Shown here: positions 42,879-51,971 of the stretch, one piece after another
Layout of the letters: the number at the start of each line of letters is the position of its first letter
Position numbering within the stretch: the first letter of the stretch is position 1
Source: Flavobacteriales bacterium
Lineage (GTDB): Bacteria; Bacteroidota; Bacteroidia; Flavobacteriales_F; PHOS-HE28
Direction: 5' to 3'
Length of the DNA: 64,000 nucleotides
Assembly (NCBI GenBank): GCA_041391845.1
Contig: JAWKNG010000003.1
Coordinates: 85,829-149,828 of the forward strand
Position numbers and translations under genes: made by a program
Notes under the pieces: generated by a model
What the model saw: only the letters and a program-made list of their open reading frames with translations
Database searches by the model: none
Told to the model about the DNA's origin: nothing

Positions 42879-44687
42879 ATGGCCTCCCGCCGCAAGCCGA
42901 CTGACGACGATGCCAAGCCAGCGAAGCTGAGCAAGGCGGCCCTGCGCAAGTTCGCACGGGTGTTCCGTTACCTGCGTGGGCAACGGGCCTTATTCGCCTT
43001 CGGCATGGGGTGCCTGCTGATCACCAGCCTGCTGAGCGCCGCCTTCCCCTGGCTCATCGGCCGCCTCATCGACGCGCGCGCGCCCACCACCTTCTGGGAT
43101 GCACCGCTGGACGACCTCGGCAACGTGCATTCCATCCTGAAGCTGCTGTTGCTGGTGTTCGCTGCGCAGGCCCTGTTCGGCTTCTGGCGCATCTGGTCCT
43201 TCGGATCGGTCACTGAGAACGCACTGAGCCAGCTGCGCCGCGATACCTATGCTCATCTGTTACGCCTGCCGATGACCTTCTTCGCCAGCCGGCGCGTAGG
43301 CGAGCTCAACAGCCGCATCAGCGCGGACGTGGCCCTGTTGCAGGAGGCCTTCACCACCGTGCTCGCCGAGTTCCTACGCCAGTTCGTGGTGATCGGTGTG
43401 AGCATCGCGGCGCTCACCTACATCAATCCCCAGCTGATGCTCACCATGCTGGCCACACTGCCGGTGGTGATGCTGGTCGCGGTCTTCTTCGGTCGCTACA
43501 TCCAACGCCTCAGCAAGCAGGTGCAGGACCGCATAGCCGAGAGCAACGTCATCGTGGACGAGACCCTGCAAGGCATCCAGAACGTGAAGGCCTTCAGTAA
43601 CGAGCCCTTCGAGACCGAGCGCTACGGACGCAGTGTGCTCAGCGCGCGGGCATTGGCGTTGAAGAGCGTGCGCTGGCGGGGTGGCTTCGTCAGCTTCATC
43701 ATCTTCTGCATGTTCGGTGTGGTGGTGTTCGTGGTGTACCGTGCAGCGGTGCTGAAGGAACAGGGCTTGATGAGCGTGGGCGACATCACCTCGTTCGTGG
43801 CCTTCAGCATCATGATCGGTGCGAGCATCGCCGGCATACCGGAGCAGGTGACCTCGCTCTTGAAGGCCGTGGGTGCCACCGAGCGGCTGATGGACCTGCA
43901 CGACGAGGTGGCGGAGCCGTTGGATGATGCAGCAGCGCCGATCCACGTACAGGGGCGCATCGACTTCGACGCGGTGGCCTTCCACTATGCCAGCCGACCG
44001 GAGCTACCTGTGCTGCGGGAAGTGAGCTTTCATGCGGAACCGGGTCAGCGCATCGCCCTGGTGGGACCGAGCGGTGCGGGCAAGAGCACCATCGCCGCGC
44101 TGCTGCTCCGCTTCTACGAGCCGGTGCGCGGTCAGGTGCGCATCGACTGCCGACCGGCTGCGGAATTATCCCTGGCCGCGTTGCGCGATCGCATGGCCAT
44201 CGTGCCGCAGGAAGTGCTGCTCTTCGGTGGTACCATCCGCGAGAACATCGCCTACGGCAGGCCCGGCGCCAGTGAAGCCGAAGTGGAGGAGGCCGCACGC
44301 CAAGCCAACGCGCTCGCCTTCATCCGCAGCTTCCCCGATGGGCTGGACACCGTGGTGGGCGAGCGTGGCATCCAACTGAGCGGGGGACAGCGCCAACGCA
44401 TCGCCATTGCCCGCGCGGTGTTGAAGGATCCCGCGATCCTGATCCTGGACGAGGCCACCAGCGCACTGGACAGCGAGAGCGAACGCCTGGTGCAGGAAGC
44501 GCTGGAACAGCTGATGAAAGGCCGTACGAGCGTCGTCATCGCGCACCGCCTGAGCACCATCCGCGAGGCCGACCGCATCCTGGTCTTGGATCAGGGACGC
44601 GTGGTGGAGAGCGGCACGCATGAGGAATTGATGGCGGTGGAAAACGGGACTTATCGGAGTTTGAGCCTGTTGCAGGGTGACCATTGA
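42879..44687 (+). CDS. ABC transporter, fused permease/ATPase (MsbA-like exporter)
   Basis: 602 aa. The N-terminal half has 6 TM-like segments. GPSGAGKST, LSGGQRQRIAIARA, ILILDEATSALD. Confidence 0.9.
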   Translation: MASRRKPTDDDAKPAKLSKAALRKFARVFRYLRGQRALFAFGMGCLLITSLLSAAFPWLIGRLIDARAPTTFWDAPLDDLGNVHSILKLLLLVFAAQALFGFWRIWSFGSVTENALSQLRRDTYAHLLRLPMTFFASRRVGELNSRISADVALLQEAFTTVLAEFLRQFVVIGVSIAALTYINPQLMLTMLATLPVVMLVAVFFGRYIQRLSKQVQDRIAESNVIVDETLQGIQNVKAFSNEPFETERYGRSVLSARALALKSVRWRGGFVSFIIFCMFGVVVFVVYRAAVLKEQGLMSVGDITSFVAFSIMIGASIAGIPEQVTSLLKAVGATERLMDLHDEVAEPLDDAAAPIHVQGRIDFDAVAFHYASRPELPVLREVSFHAEPGQRIALVGPSGAGKSTIAALLLRFYEPVRGQVRIDCRPAAELSLAALRDRMAIVPQEVLLFGGTIRENIAYGRPGASEAEVEEAARQANALAFIRSFPDGLDTVVGERGIQLSGGQRQRIAIARAVLKDPAILILDEATSALDSESERLVQEALEQLMKGRTSVVIAHRLSTIREADRILVLDQGRVVESGTHEELMAVENGTYRSLSLLQGDH

Positions 44688-44725
44688 ACCGTTCATGGTC
44701 CGACGCACCGGGCGTAGAGAAGACT

Positions 44726-45331
44726 TCACATCCCCACCTCCACCACCTTCTTCGTAGCGAAGAACTCCTCGCTGAAGAACTTCCTCAGCTCGTGCACCTT
44801 CACGGCGTTGCGCACCGGCAGGATCTCGTCGGCCAGTTCACCACCCTTGAGGTAGTACATCCTGCCCTGGCCCTTGGTGACCAGATGCCGCGTATCCCGA
44901 ATGAACTCCGGTAGCGTCGTGACGGCGCGGCTGACGATCACATCGTAGCGCAGCTTGTGGTCCGTGCTGCGCACCTGTTCAGCGGTGCAATTGGTGATGC
45001 CCAGCCCCTCCACCACACCTTTTACGGCGGTGATCTTCTTGCCGATGCCATCGATGCCGTGGAACGTGCATTCCGGGAAGAGAACGGCCAGCGGCACCAG
45101 CGGGAATCCGCCACCAGTGCCCACATCCACGATGCGCGTGCCGGGCTTGAAGCGGACCACCTTGGCGATGCCCAATGAGTGCAGGATGTGCCGCTCGTAG
45201 AGGTTCTCCATGTCCTTGCGCGAGATCAGGTTGATGCGCTCGTTCCACTCCGGGTAGAGCAAACCCAAACGCTCGAACTGCGACCGCTGCTGCGCGGTGA
45301 TCTCGGGGAAGTACTTCAGGAGGAGCTCCAT
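44726..45331 (-). CDS. rsmG: 16S rRNA (guanine527-N7)-methyltransferase
   Basis: DVGTGGGFPLVPLAV SAM motif. Start taken at ATG 45331 (MELLLKYFPEITAQQ) rather than the track's TTG at 45364. Confidence 0.9.
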   Translation of the reverse strand: MELLLKYFPEITAQQRSQFERLGLLYPEWNERINLISRKDMENLYERHILHSLGIAKVVRFKPGTRIVDVGTGGGFPLVPLAVLFPECTFHGIDGIGKKITAVKGVVEGLGITNCTAEQVRSTDHKLRYDVIVSRAVTTLPEFIRDTRHLVTKGQGRMYYLKGGELADEILPVRNAVKVHELRKFFSEEFFATKKVVEVGM

Positions 45332-45346
45332 GGTCAGATGAAACCA

Positions 45347-45465
45347 GATCAGATGATCAGACAATGAGATGATCAGATGATCCCAACGAAGCGCAGGTCA
45401 TGCAATGAACATTCGACCGAGGACCGATCCTCATGATCCGATCTGCTGATCGACCGATCCGGATC
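45347..45465. promoter_or_regulatory. Dense GATC cluster (10 sites in 119 nt) with short direct and inverted repeats, filling the sigma-factor/rsmG spacer
   Basis: GATC at 45347, 45355, 45371, 45379, 45426, 45435, 45440, 45448, 45456 and 45462. Direct repeat AGATGATCAGA at 45351 and 45367. Inverted repeat TGATCCG (45434) / CGGATCA (45460). The spacer is locally AT-richer than its flanks. Confidence 0.5.
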
Positions 45466-46072
45466 AGATATGGTCCTTGCGGGTCTCCATCAGGTTCAGG
45501 AGGAACTCACGGGCGCGGAACAACTGCGCCTTCACCGTGCCCAACGGCAGATCGAGCTCCTCGGCGATCTCCTCGTAGCTGTACTCCTTGTAGTAGCGCA
45601 GCTCCACGAGCGTGCGGTAGCGGGGCTTCAGCTTGTCCACCACATCGCGCATGATGGCGTTCTTCTGCTCGCGGATCGCGATATCAGCCGGATCAAGGCC
45701 GTCGCTGCGCAGCTCGATGGTCATCTCATCGCCATCGTCAGTGCCGATGGGGCTGTCGATGGAGAAGGTCTTCTTCTTCTGCTTGCGGATCCAGTCGATG
45801 CAGTTGTTGGAGGCGATCTTGAACAGCCAGGTGCTGAACGCGTAGTTCGGCGTGTACTGCTTCAAGCGGTGGAAGGCCTTGCCGAAGGCTTCGATGGTCA
45901 GATCCTCCGCATCGTCCTTGTTGTTGATCATCTTCAACAACATGAAGTAGATGGAGTCGCGGTAACGGCTCATCAGTTCGGCGTAAGCCTTTTGATCGCC
46001 CTGGTCCACGGCACGACGTACCAGCTTGTAGTCGTACTGCGCCTTTTCGCTGAGGTTCTCGTTCACTTCCAT
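45464..46072 (-). CDS. RNA polymerase sigma-70 family (ECF-type) sigma factor
   Basis: Start moved to ATG 46072 (MEVNENLSEKAQYDYKLV). Region 2 DAEDLTIEAFGKAF..FSTWLFKIASNNCIDWIRK. Region 4 YSYEEIAEELDLPLGTVKAQLFRARE. Confidence 0.85.
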   Translation of the reverse strand: MEVNENLSEKAQYDYKLVRRAVDQGDQKAYAELMSRYRDSIYFMLLKMINNKDDAEDLTIEAFGKAFHRLKQYTPNYAFSTWLFKIASNNCIDWIRKQKKKTFSIDSPIGTDDGDEMTIELRSDGLDPADIAIREQKNAIMRDVVDKLKPRYRTLVELRYYKEYSYEEIAEELDLPLGTVKAQLFRAREFLLNLMETRKDHI

Positions 46073-47163
46073 CGTTTGGGCTTGACGAGGATCGTGCTGG
46101 CGTACAGCAGGGGATCCAGAATTAGGAACAACCATTCCAGGGGGAGTGCGAACCAGACAAGCGCTCCTGCACGCAACCGGTGCAACGCCGTCATGGTGAT
46201 GGGTAACAGAACGAAGAGCTTCACGGACGCCGCCACCATGGCTTGAAGCCACTGACCGCGCAGAAGGAGCACCGCCATCATGGCCCAGAACACCAGGTGG
46301 GCCAGGGGCAGCAACGTGAGCAGTACCTGGTGACCCAGGCGATAATGTGCCGCGGTGGTGTAGTGCCTGCGCTTGCGACGGATCCAGGTGGCCAGGTCCG
46401 GCGTGGCCTGCGTGGTCATGAACGAGGCTGGTGCCGTGACCACCGCCGTGTTGCCCGACCGGGCCACCGCATTGATGAACAGATCATCATCGCCGCTCAT
46501 GAGGTGATTGCCGCGTTGGGCGGTGCGTGCATTGAAGAACACCTCGCTGGTGTAGCCCAGGTTGCGGCCCACCCCCATGTACGGCAGACCCGCCATGGCG
46601 AAGGAGATGTACTGCACCGCCTTCATGCAGCCGTCGTACCGCTCCAGCACGCTGGCCACACCCGGTTCGGCGATGTACGGACTATGTCCGATGACGATGC
46701 TGCGGCCATTGCGGAACCCCGAGGCCATCAGGCTGATCCAATCACGCCCTTCGGGTCGGCAGTCGGCGTCGGTGACCAGCACGTGCGGGAAGCGCGCAGC
46801 CCGCACACCGACGCCCAATGCGATCTTCTTGCCGTAGCTGAATTTCTCGTCCGCCTGGATGTTCACGGGTCGCAGCCGCTCATGCTGCGGCTTCATCCAT
46901 TGCAGCACCTCCCAGGTGTCGTCCTCGCTCCGGTCGTTCACCACCACCACCTCGAAGGCGCGGTGGTCCTGGTCCAAGAGGATGGGCAACAGCGCCTCCA
47001 GCGAACGCGCCTCGTTGCGGGCGCAGACCACTACGCTCACCGGCAGCTCGCGATCGGGCGTTGGAGCGGGCTTGGGCCAGGCCAGGCGCAGGAACATGAA
47101 GAGGTGGAAGAACAACAGCACCACAAGTGCCGCGCACATCACCTGGAATTCAAGGGTCCACAT
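46063..47163 (-). CDS. Family 2 glycosyltransferase with C-terminal membrane segments
   Basis: VSVVVCARNEARSLEALLPILLDQDH..EVVVVNDRSEDDT, and a TDADC (DxD-like) motif. The start could be 47187 or 47163. Confidence 0.8.
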   Translation of the reverse strand: MWTLEFQVMCAALVVLLFFHLFMFLRLAWPKPAPTPDRELPVSVVVCARNEARSLEALLPILLDQDHRAFEVVVVNDRSEDDTWEVLQWMKPQHERLRPVNIQADEKFSYGKKIALGVGVRAARFPHVLVTDADCRPEGRDWISLMASGFRNGRSIVIGHSPYIAEPGVASVLERYDGCMKAVQYISFAMAGLPYMGVGRNLGYTSEVFFNARTAQRGNHLMSGDDDLFINAVARSGNTAVVTAPASFMTTQATPDLATWIRRKRRHYTTAAHYRLGHQVLLTLLPLAHLVFWAMMAVLLLRGQWLQAMVAASVKLFVLLPITMTALHRLRAGALVWFALPLEWLFLILDPLLYASTILVKPKRWK

Positions 47164-47319
47164 ACAGGGTTCGAAGGGGCGCACCAAGGACAGGCGGCAC
47201 CGTGGGCGAAGCTATCCCGTCCCGTTCGGCGCCTTTCCGAGGGCTCCCACCAGTTATGAACACCCCACGCTGGAAGTCCGTGCCGGGCCACCTGGCTACC
47301 TTAGCACCGCTCCGACCGC

Positions 47320-48450
47320 ATGGAATTCAAGCTTCTGACCACGGACCCTGGGTCCAACGCCCGCGCCGGGGAACTGCATACCGATCACGGCATCGTGCCT
47401 ACCCCGATCTTCATGCCGGTGGGTACCCTGGGGGCTGTGAAGGCTGTGCATCCGCGTGAGCTGCGCAACGACCTCAATGCGCCGATCATGCTCAGCAACA
47501 CCTACCACCTCTACCTGCGGCCCGGCATGGAGGTGATCGAGCATGCGGGCGGACTGCACAAGTTCAACGGATGGGACCGCCCCATCCTCACCGACAGTGG
47601 CGGCTTCCAGGTGCACTCGCTCAGCGACATCCGCAAGATCACCGAGGAAGGTGTGCGTTTCAGCAGCCACATTGATGGCAGCAAGCACCTCTTTACGCCG
47701 GAATCGGTAATGGACGTGCAGCGAAGCATCGGCTCCGACATCTGCATGGCCTTCGATGAGTGTACGCCCTGGCCCTGTGAACCGGTGTACGCAGAGCAGA
47801 GCATGCACCGCACACACCGCTGGCTGGACCGTTGCATCGAACGCTTCAACAGCACTGAGCCGAAGTACGGACATGAGCAGGCCCTTTTCCCCATTGTACA
47901 AGGGAGCACCTTCCCTGAGCTGCGCAAACGCTCTGCGGAATACATCGCCACCAAGGGCGCTGTGGGCAACGCCATCGGCGGGCTGAGCGTAGGCGAGCCG
48001 GAAGAAGAGATGTACGCCATGGCCGAGCTCTGCTGCGACATACTTCCCAAAGACAGGCCGCGTTACCTGATGGGCGTTGGTACACCGTGGAACCTATTGG
48101 AGAACATGGCCCGGGGTGTGGACATGTTCGATTGTGTGATGCCCACGCGCAACGGCCGCAACGGCATGCTCTTCACCTTGGAAGGCGTGGTGAACATCAA
48201 GAACAAGCGTTGGGCAGATGACCATGCACCGCTGGACCCCGGTGGGCACAGCTGGGTGGACACTGCCTATTCCCGCGCCTTCGTCCGCCACCTTTTCCAG
48301 AGCAACGAAATGCTGGGGCAGCAGATCGCCAGCCTGCACAACCTGGGCTTCTATCTGGCCTTGATGCGCATGGCACGTGAACGGATCCTCGACGGTAGCT
48401 TCACCAGCTGGAAGAACGCGTTGCTGCCGAAATTGAAGGTAAGGTTATGA
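47320..48450 (+). CDS. tgt: Queuine tRNA-ribosyltransferase
   Basis: 376 aa. TPIFMPVGT, LSNTYHL, TDSGGFQ, LFPIVQG, GLSVGEP, YLMGVGTP, DMFDCV. Confidence 0.95.
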   Translation: MEFKLLTTDPGSNARAGELHTDHGIVPTPIFMPVGTLGAVKAVHPRELRNDLNAPIMLSNTYHLYLRPGMEVIEHAGGLHKFNGWDRPILTDSGGFQVHSLSDIRKITEEGVRFSSHIDGSKHLFTPESVMDVQRSIGSDICMAFDECTPWPCEPVYAEQSMHRTHRWLDRCIERFNSTEPKYGHEQALFPIVQGSTFPELRKRSAEYIATKGAVGNAIGGLSVGEPEEEMYAMAELCCDILPKDRPRYLMGVGTPWNLLENMARGVDMFDCVMPTRNGRNGMLFTLEGVVNIKNKRWADDHAPLDPGGHSWVDTAYSRAFVRHLFQSNEMLGQQIASLHNLGFYLALMRMARERILDGSFTSWKNALLPKLKVRL

Positions 48451-48471
48451 GCAGGATCGCTAGCTGTTCGA

Positions 48472-48530
48472 TGTCTTATGTCCTATGCAAAATGCATTGT
48501 CGGTCGGCATTTTGCATAGGACATAAGACA
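48472..48530. terminator. Perfect 24-bp inverted repeat with an 11-nt loop, AT-rich (possible terminator or palindromic element)
   Basis: The left arm TGTCTTATGTCCTATGCAAAATGC (48472..48495) is the exact reverse complement of 48507..48530. It lies 22 nt after the tgt stop and 23 nt before the lptF/G start. No U-tract. Confidence 0.5.
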
Positions 48531-48552
48531 ACCCTCAACTGACAACGTTCCC

Positions 48553-49632
48553 GTGCTGCGCACCCTCGACCGTTATATCATCCGTCAGTTCCTGGGGACC
48601 TTCTTCTTCATCCTGGTGACCATCATGCTCATCGCAGTGGTGTTCGACATCAGTGAGAAGACCGAGGATTTCGCGAAGATGAAAGCCGGCATGAGCGAGA
48701 TCGCGAAAGAGTACTATCTCAATTTCATCATCTATTACAGCAACCTGTTCAGCGGGCTGCTGATCTTCCTGGCCGTGCTGCTGTTCACCAGCCGACTGGC
48801 ACACCGCACGGAGATCATCGCCATGCTCAGCAGCGGGGTCAGCTTCCCCCGCATCATGTGGCCCTATTTCCTGGCCGCCACTTTGCTCACGATCCTTTCG
48901 CTGGTGGTGAACCATCGCATCCTGCCCGACGCCAACCGGATCCGCCTCGCGTTCGAGGAGGAACACATCAGGGCCACGTTCAACGTGCGCGAAAAGAACC
49001 TGCATCGTGAGATCGCGCCTGGCACGATCGCGTACTTCGAGAGCTTCAACGTGCAGGACAAGGTCGGATTCCGCTTCGGCCTTCAGCAGTGGCGTGATGG
49101 CGAGCTGGTAAGTCGCGTGGAGGCGGACCGTGCGAAATATGATTCGGTGAGCGGCCGATGGACCCTCTATGACCCCATCATCCGATATCTGGACGAGCGC
49201 CCTGAACGCATCGTCCGCCATGCTGAACTGGACACGCTCATCCCGTTGAAGCCCTCGGACCTGGGACAACGATGGGAGACCGCCATGGCCATGAGCTGGA
49301 GCGAGATCAACGACTACATAGATGCCAAGCAGAAGCAGGGCGATGGCTCCCTGATGCCCTATGTGATCGAAAAGCACCAGCGCACCTCCTACCCCTTTGC
49401 CACCTATGTATTCACCTTGATCGGTGTCAGCATCGCCAGCCGGAAAGTCCGCGGTGGAACAGGCCTCCACCTCGCCCTGGGCGTAATGCTCATCCTGCTG
49501 TACATCTTCGCCATGAAGTTGACCACCGTGGCCGCCACCAATGCCGGCTTCGACCCCCTGCTCGCCGTTTGGCTGCCCAACCTGCTCTTTGCCGTGGTCG
49601 GCATTTGGATCTACCGGCAGGCGCCCAAATGA
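48553..49632 (+). CDS. LptF/LptG family LPS export permease
   Basis: 359 aa, GTG start. The N-terminus MLRTLDRYIIRQFLGTFFFIL is the hallmark YjgP/YjgQ start. TM helices flank a periplasmic domain. Confidence 0.85.
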   Translation: MLRTLDRYIIRQFLGTFFFILVTIMLIAVVFDISEKTEDFAKMKAGMSEIAKEYYLNFIIYYSNLFSGLLIFLAVLLFTSRLAHRTEIIAMLSSGVSFPRIMWPYFLAATLLTILSLVVNHRILPDANRIRLAFEEEHIRATFNVREKNLHREIAPGTIAYFESFNVQDKVGFRFGLQQWRDGELVSRVEADRAKYDSVSGRWTLYDPIIRYLDERPERIVRHAELDTLIPLKPSDLGQRWETAMAMSWSEINDYIDAKQKQGDGSLMPYVIEKHQRTSYPFATYVFTLIGVSIASRKVRGGTGLHLALGVMLILLYIFAMKLTTVAATNAGFDPLLAVWLPNLLFAVVGIWIYRQAPK

Positions 49633-49777
49633 ACCTGCACGTCGGGATACCAACAACTTGCCCAAGCCTCTCCTTGCAGGCGTTGCACACGGTGTGTGCG
49701 CCCTGAAGGCGGGCCGCCATGAGGCCCGTCCAGGCCGGGATGAACCCCGGTATCCTCCCCTGCGTTAATTTGGGACC

Positions 49778-51508
49778 ATGGAGCCGACCCGTCTGCACGA
49801 CCTACCCGAGCATCAACTCGCCGCCCACCCAAAGGAGATCGCCATCGCCAGCAAAGTGGGTGACCGGTGGGTGGGCATCAGCACCAAGGAGCTTATCGAC
49901 AAAGCGGAACGCATCGCACTGGGCCTGATGCAACTCGGTATAAAACCCGGAGACCGGGTGGCGATCGCCAGTGGCAACCGCAGTGAATGGTGCCTCGTTG
50001 ACCAGGCTGTACTCCGCATCGGTGCCATCGGGATCCCCATCTACCCGACCAGCAGTGCGGAGGATTTCGCCTACGTACTGGACCACTCGGAAAGCAAGAT
50101 CTTCTTCGGCAGCAACGCCGAGATCATGGCCAAGGCAAAGCAGGCACAGGGCAGTTGTCCGGCACTCCTGCACCTGTACAGCTTCGACCACCTGCCCGAC
50201 CATGCGCATTGGGAGGCTGTAGCTGCGCTCGCACAGGAAACGGACCGCCCTACGCTGGTCACCTACAAAGCACAGGTCAAGCCCGATGACCTCGCCACCA
50301 TCATCTATACAAGCGGCACGACAGGAAGGCCCAAGGGGGTGATGCTGACCCATCGCAACATCCTCAGCAACGTGCTCGCAAGCATGACCCGCTTCCCGGT
50401 CGACCATCACGCGCGCTGCATCAGCTTCCTGCCCCTCTCGCACATCTACGAACGGATGCTCATGTACCTCTACCTCTACTCGGGGGTCAGCATCCATTTC
50501 CAGGAGACCCTGGACGACCTGGGCGATCGCATCCGCGAGGTGGCGCCGGACGTGTTCACCGCCGTGCCGCGCCTGCTGGAGAAGATCTATGACAAGATCG
50601 TGGCCAAGGGCGATGCGTTGACCGGCGTGAAGCGCAAGCTCTTCTTCTGGGCACTGGACCTGGGGCATCGTTACGAGGTGCATGGTCGCAGCCCCTGGTA
50701 CGACATCCAACTGGCGATCGCCCGCAAGCTCATCTTCAGCAAGTGGCAGGCCGCGCTGGGTGGCAAATGCCGCGTGGTGGCCAGTGGCAGCGCCGCCCTG
50801 CAACCCCGGCTGGCACGGGTGTTCAACGCGGCCGGCATCCCCGTGATGGAGGGCTATGGGCTCACCGAATCTTCGCCGGTGATCACCGTGAACGACCAGC
50901 GCAACGATGGCCTGCGCTTCGGTACCGTGGGCAGGCCCATACCCGGAGTGACCGTGCGGATAGCGGAGGACGGCGAGATCCTGGCCAAAGGACCGAACAT
51001 CATGATCGGGTATTACAAGGACGAGGAGATGACGCGACAGACCATTGATGCGGACGGCTGGCTGCACACCGGCGACATCGGCGAGATCACCCCCGAAGGC
51101 TTCCTGCGCATCACAGACCGCAAGAAGGAGATCTTCAAGACCAGCGGTGGCAAATACGTCGCCCCGCAGGTGATGGAGAACAAATTGAAGGCCTCCCGCT
51201 TCATCGAGCAGGCCATGGTGATCGGCGAGAACCGCAAATTCCCGGCGGCGCTGATCGTTCCGGAGTTCAATTTCCTCAAGGATTATTGCGAGCGCAAGGG
51301 CATCCCCTTCACCAGCAGGGAGCAGGTGATCGCCGACCAACGCATCATCGACCGCATCTTCCGGGAAGTGGCGACCGCCAATGAGGGACTCGGGACAATG
51401 GGAACAGGTGAAACGCATCGCCCTGCTTGCCCCAGGAATGGACCATTGATGGAGGTGAGCTCACCCCACCCTGAAACTGCGGAGGAAGCAGATACTCACC
51501 AAATATGA
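49778..51508 (+). CDS. Long-chain-fatty-acid--CoA ligase (AMP-dependent synthetase). The 3' end is frame-disturbed and the true stop is probably 51552.
   Basis: IIYTSGTTGRPKGVMLTHRN, EGYGLTE, HTGDIG, GGKYVAPQ. After ..ATANEGLG the expected family C-terminus QWEQVKRIALLAP / EWTIDGGELTP / TLKLRRKQILTKYDRMVEGIYEGA* is present but spread over the other two frames. Confidence 0.85.
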   Translation: MEPTRLHDLPEHQLAAHPKEIAIASKVGDRWVGISTKELIDKAERIALGLMQLGIKPGDRVAIASGNRSEWCLVDQAVLRIGAIGIPIYPTSSAEDFAYVLDHSESKIFFGSNAEIMAKAKQAQGSCPALLHLYSFDHLPDHAHWEAVAALAQETDRPTLVTYKAQVKPDDLATIIYTSGTTGRPKGVMLTHRNILSNVLASMTRFPVDHHARCISFLPLSHIYERMLMYLYLYSGVSIHFQETLDDLGDRIREVAPDVFTAVPRLLEKIYDKIVAKGDALTGVKRKLFFWALDLGHRYEVHGRSPWYDIQLAIARKLIFSKWQAALGGKCRVVASGSAALQPRLARVFNAAGIPVMEGYGLTESSPVITVNDQRNDGLRFGTVGRPIPGVTVRIAEDGEILAKGPNIMIGYYKDEEMTRQTIDADGWLHTGDIGEITPEGFLRITDRKKEIFKTSGGKYVAPQVMENKLKASRFIEQAMVIGENRKFPAALIVPEFNFLKDYCERKGIPFTSREQVIADQRIIDRIFREVATANEGLGTMGTGETHRPACPRNGPLMEVSSPHPETAEEADTHQI

Positions 51509-51676
51509 CCGCATGGTGGAGGGTATCTACGAAGGAGCCTGAGCGTTCTTCACACTACTTCACGCCCTCTTTACATTGCAATGCGTTCTGCTCTGGCATT
51601 CCTCCTACTTTCAGCTCCTGTTCAGTGCCTGTTCCAAGGACCCCGGCGATGGTGGCCGGCCGAGGTCCGGGGCTGA

Positions 51677-51967
51677 GTGCTGGAACAAGCCGTTTCATTG
51701 AGCGGGAACCCGCAGGGAGACCCCTACCCCGCTGTGGATGTGCGCGTCTACATCATCTACGGTGACGGCCAGTACCACGATGACGACACCCGCACAGGGC
51801 CCAATGGCGAGTTCCGCTTCCCCTGGCTGCGTAAGGGTTCGTACCGGATCTATGCCATCAGTGAATGTGACAATGACAACTGCCGTGAAGGCATCTACCG
51901 CACCGTGGAGATCGAGGGACGACGTGAGATCGTGACGGCGCCGACCATCACGATCCTCAACTACTGA
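51677..51967 (+). CDS. Small carboxypeptidase-regulatory-like (CarboxypepD_reg) domain protein. The likely signal peptide is out of frame upstream.
   Basis: VDVRVYIIYGDG...TGPNGEFRFPWLRKGSYRIYA. A signal-peptide-like ORF (ATG 51580, MRSALAFLLLSAPVQC) and a CSKDPGDGG segment lie upstream in the other two frames. Confidence 0.5.
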   Translation: MLEQAVSLSGNPQGDPYPAVDVRVYIIYGDGQYHDDDTRTGPNGEFRFPWLRKGSYRIYAISECDNDNCREGIYRTVEIEGRREIVTAPTITILNY

Positions 51968-51971
51968 ATCC

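Noticed and set aside
45332-45463. The GATC cluster as a chromosomal replication origin (by analogy with the oriC/gid region)
   Set aside because: No DnaA-box-like TTATCCACA/TGTGGATAA sequences. There is no AT-rich unwinding element of adequate length and no dnaA or dnaN nearby, and the spacer is only about 130 nt. I keep it as a regulatory or methylation curiosity only.
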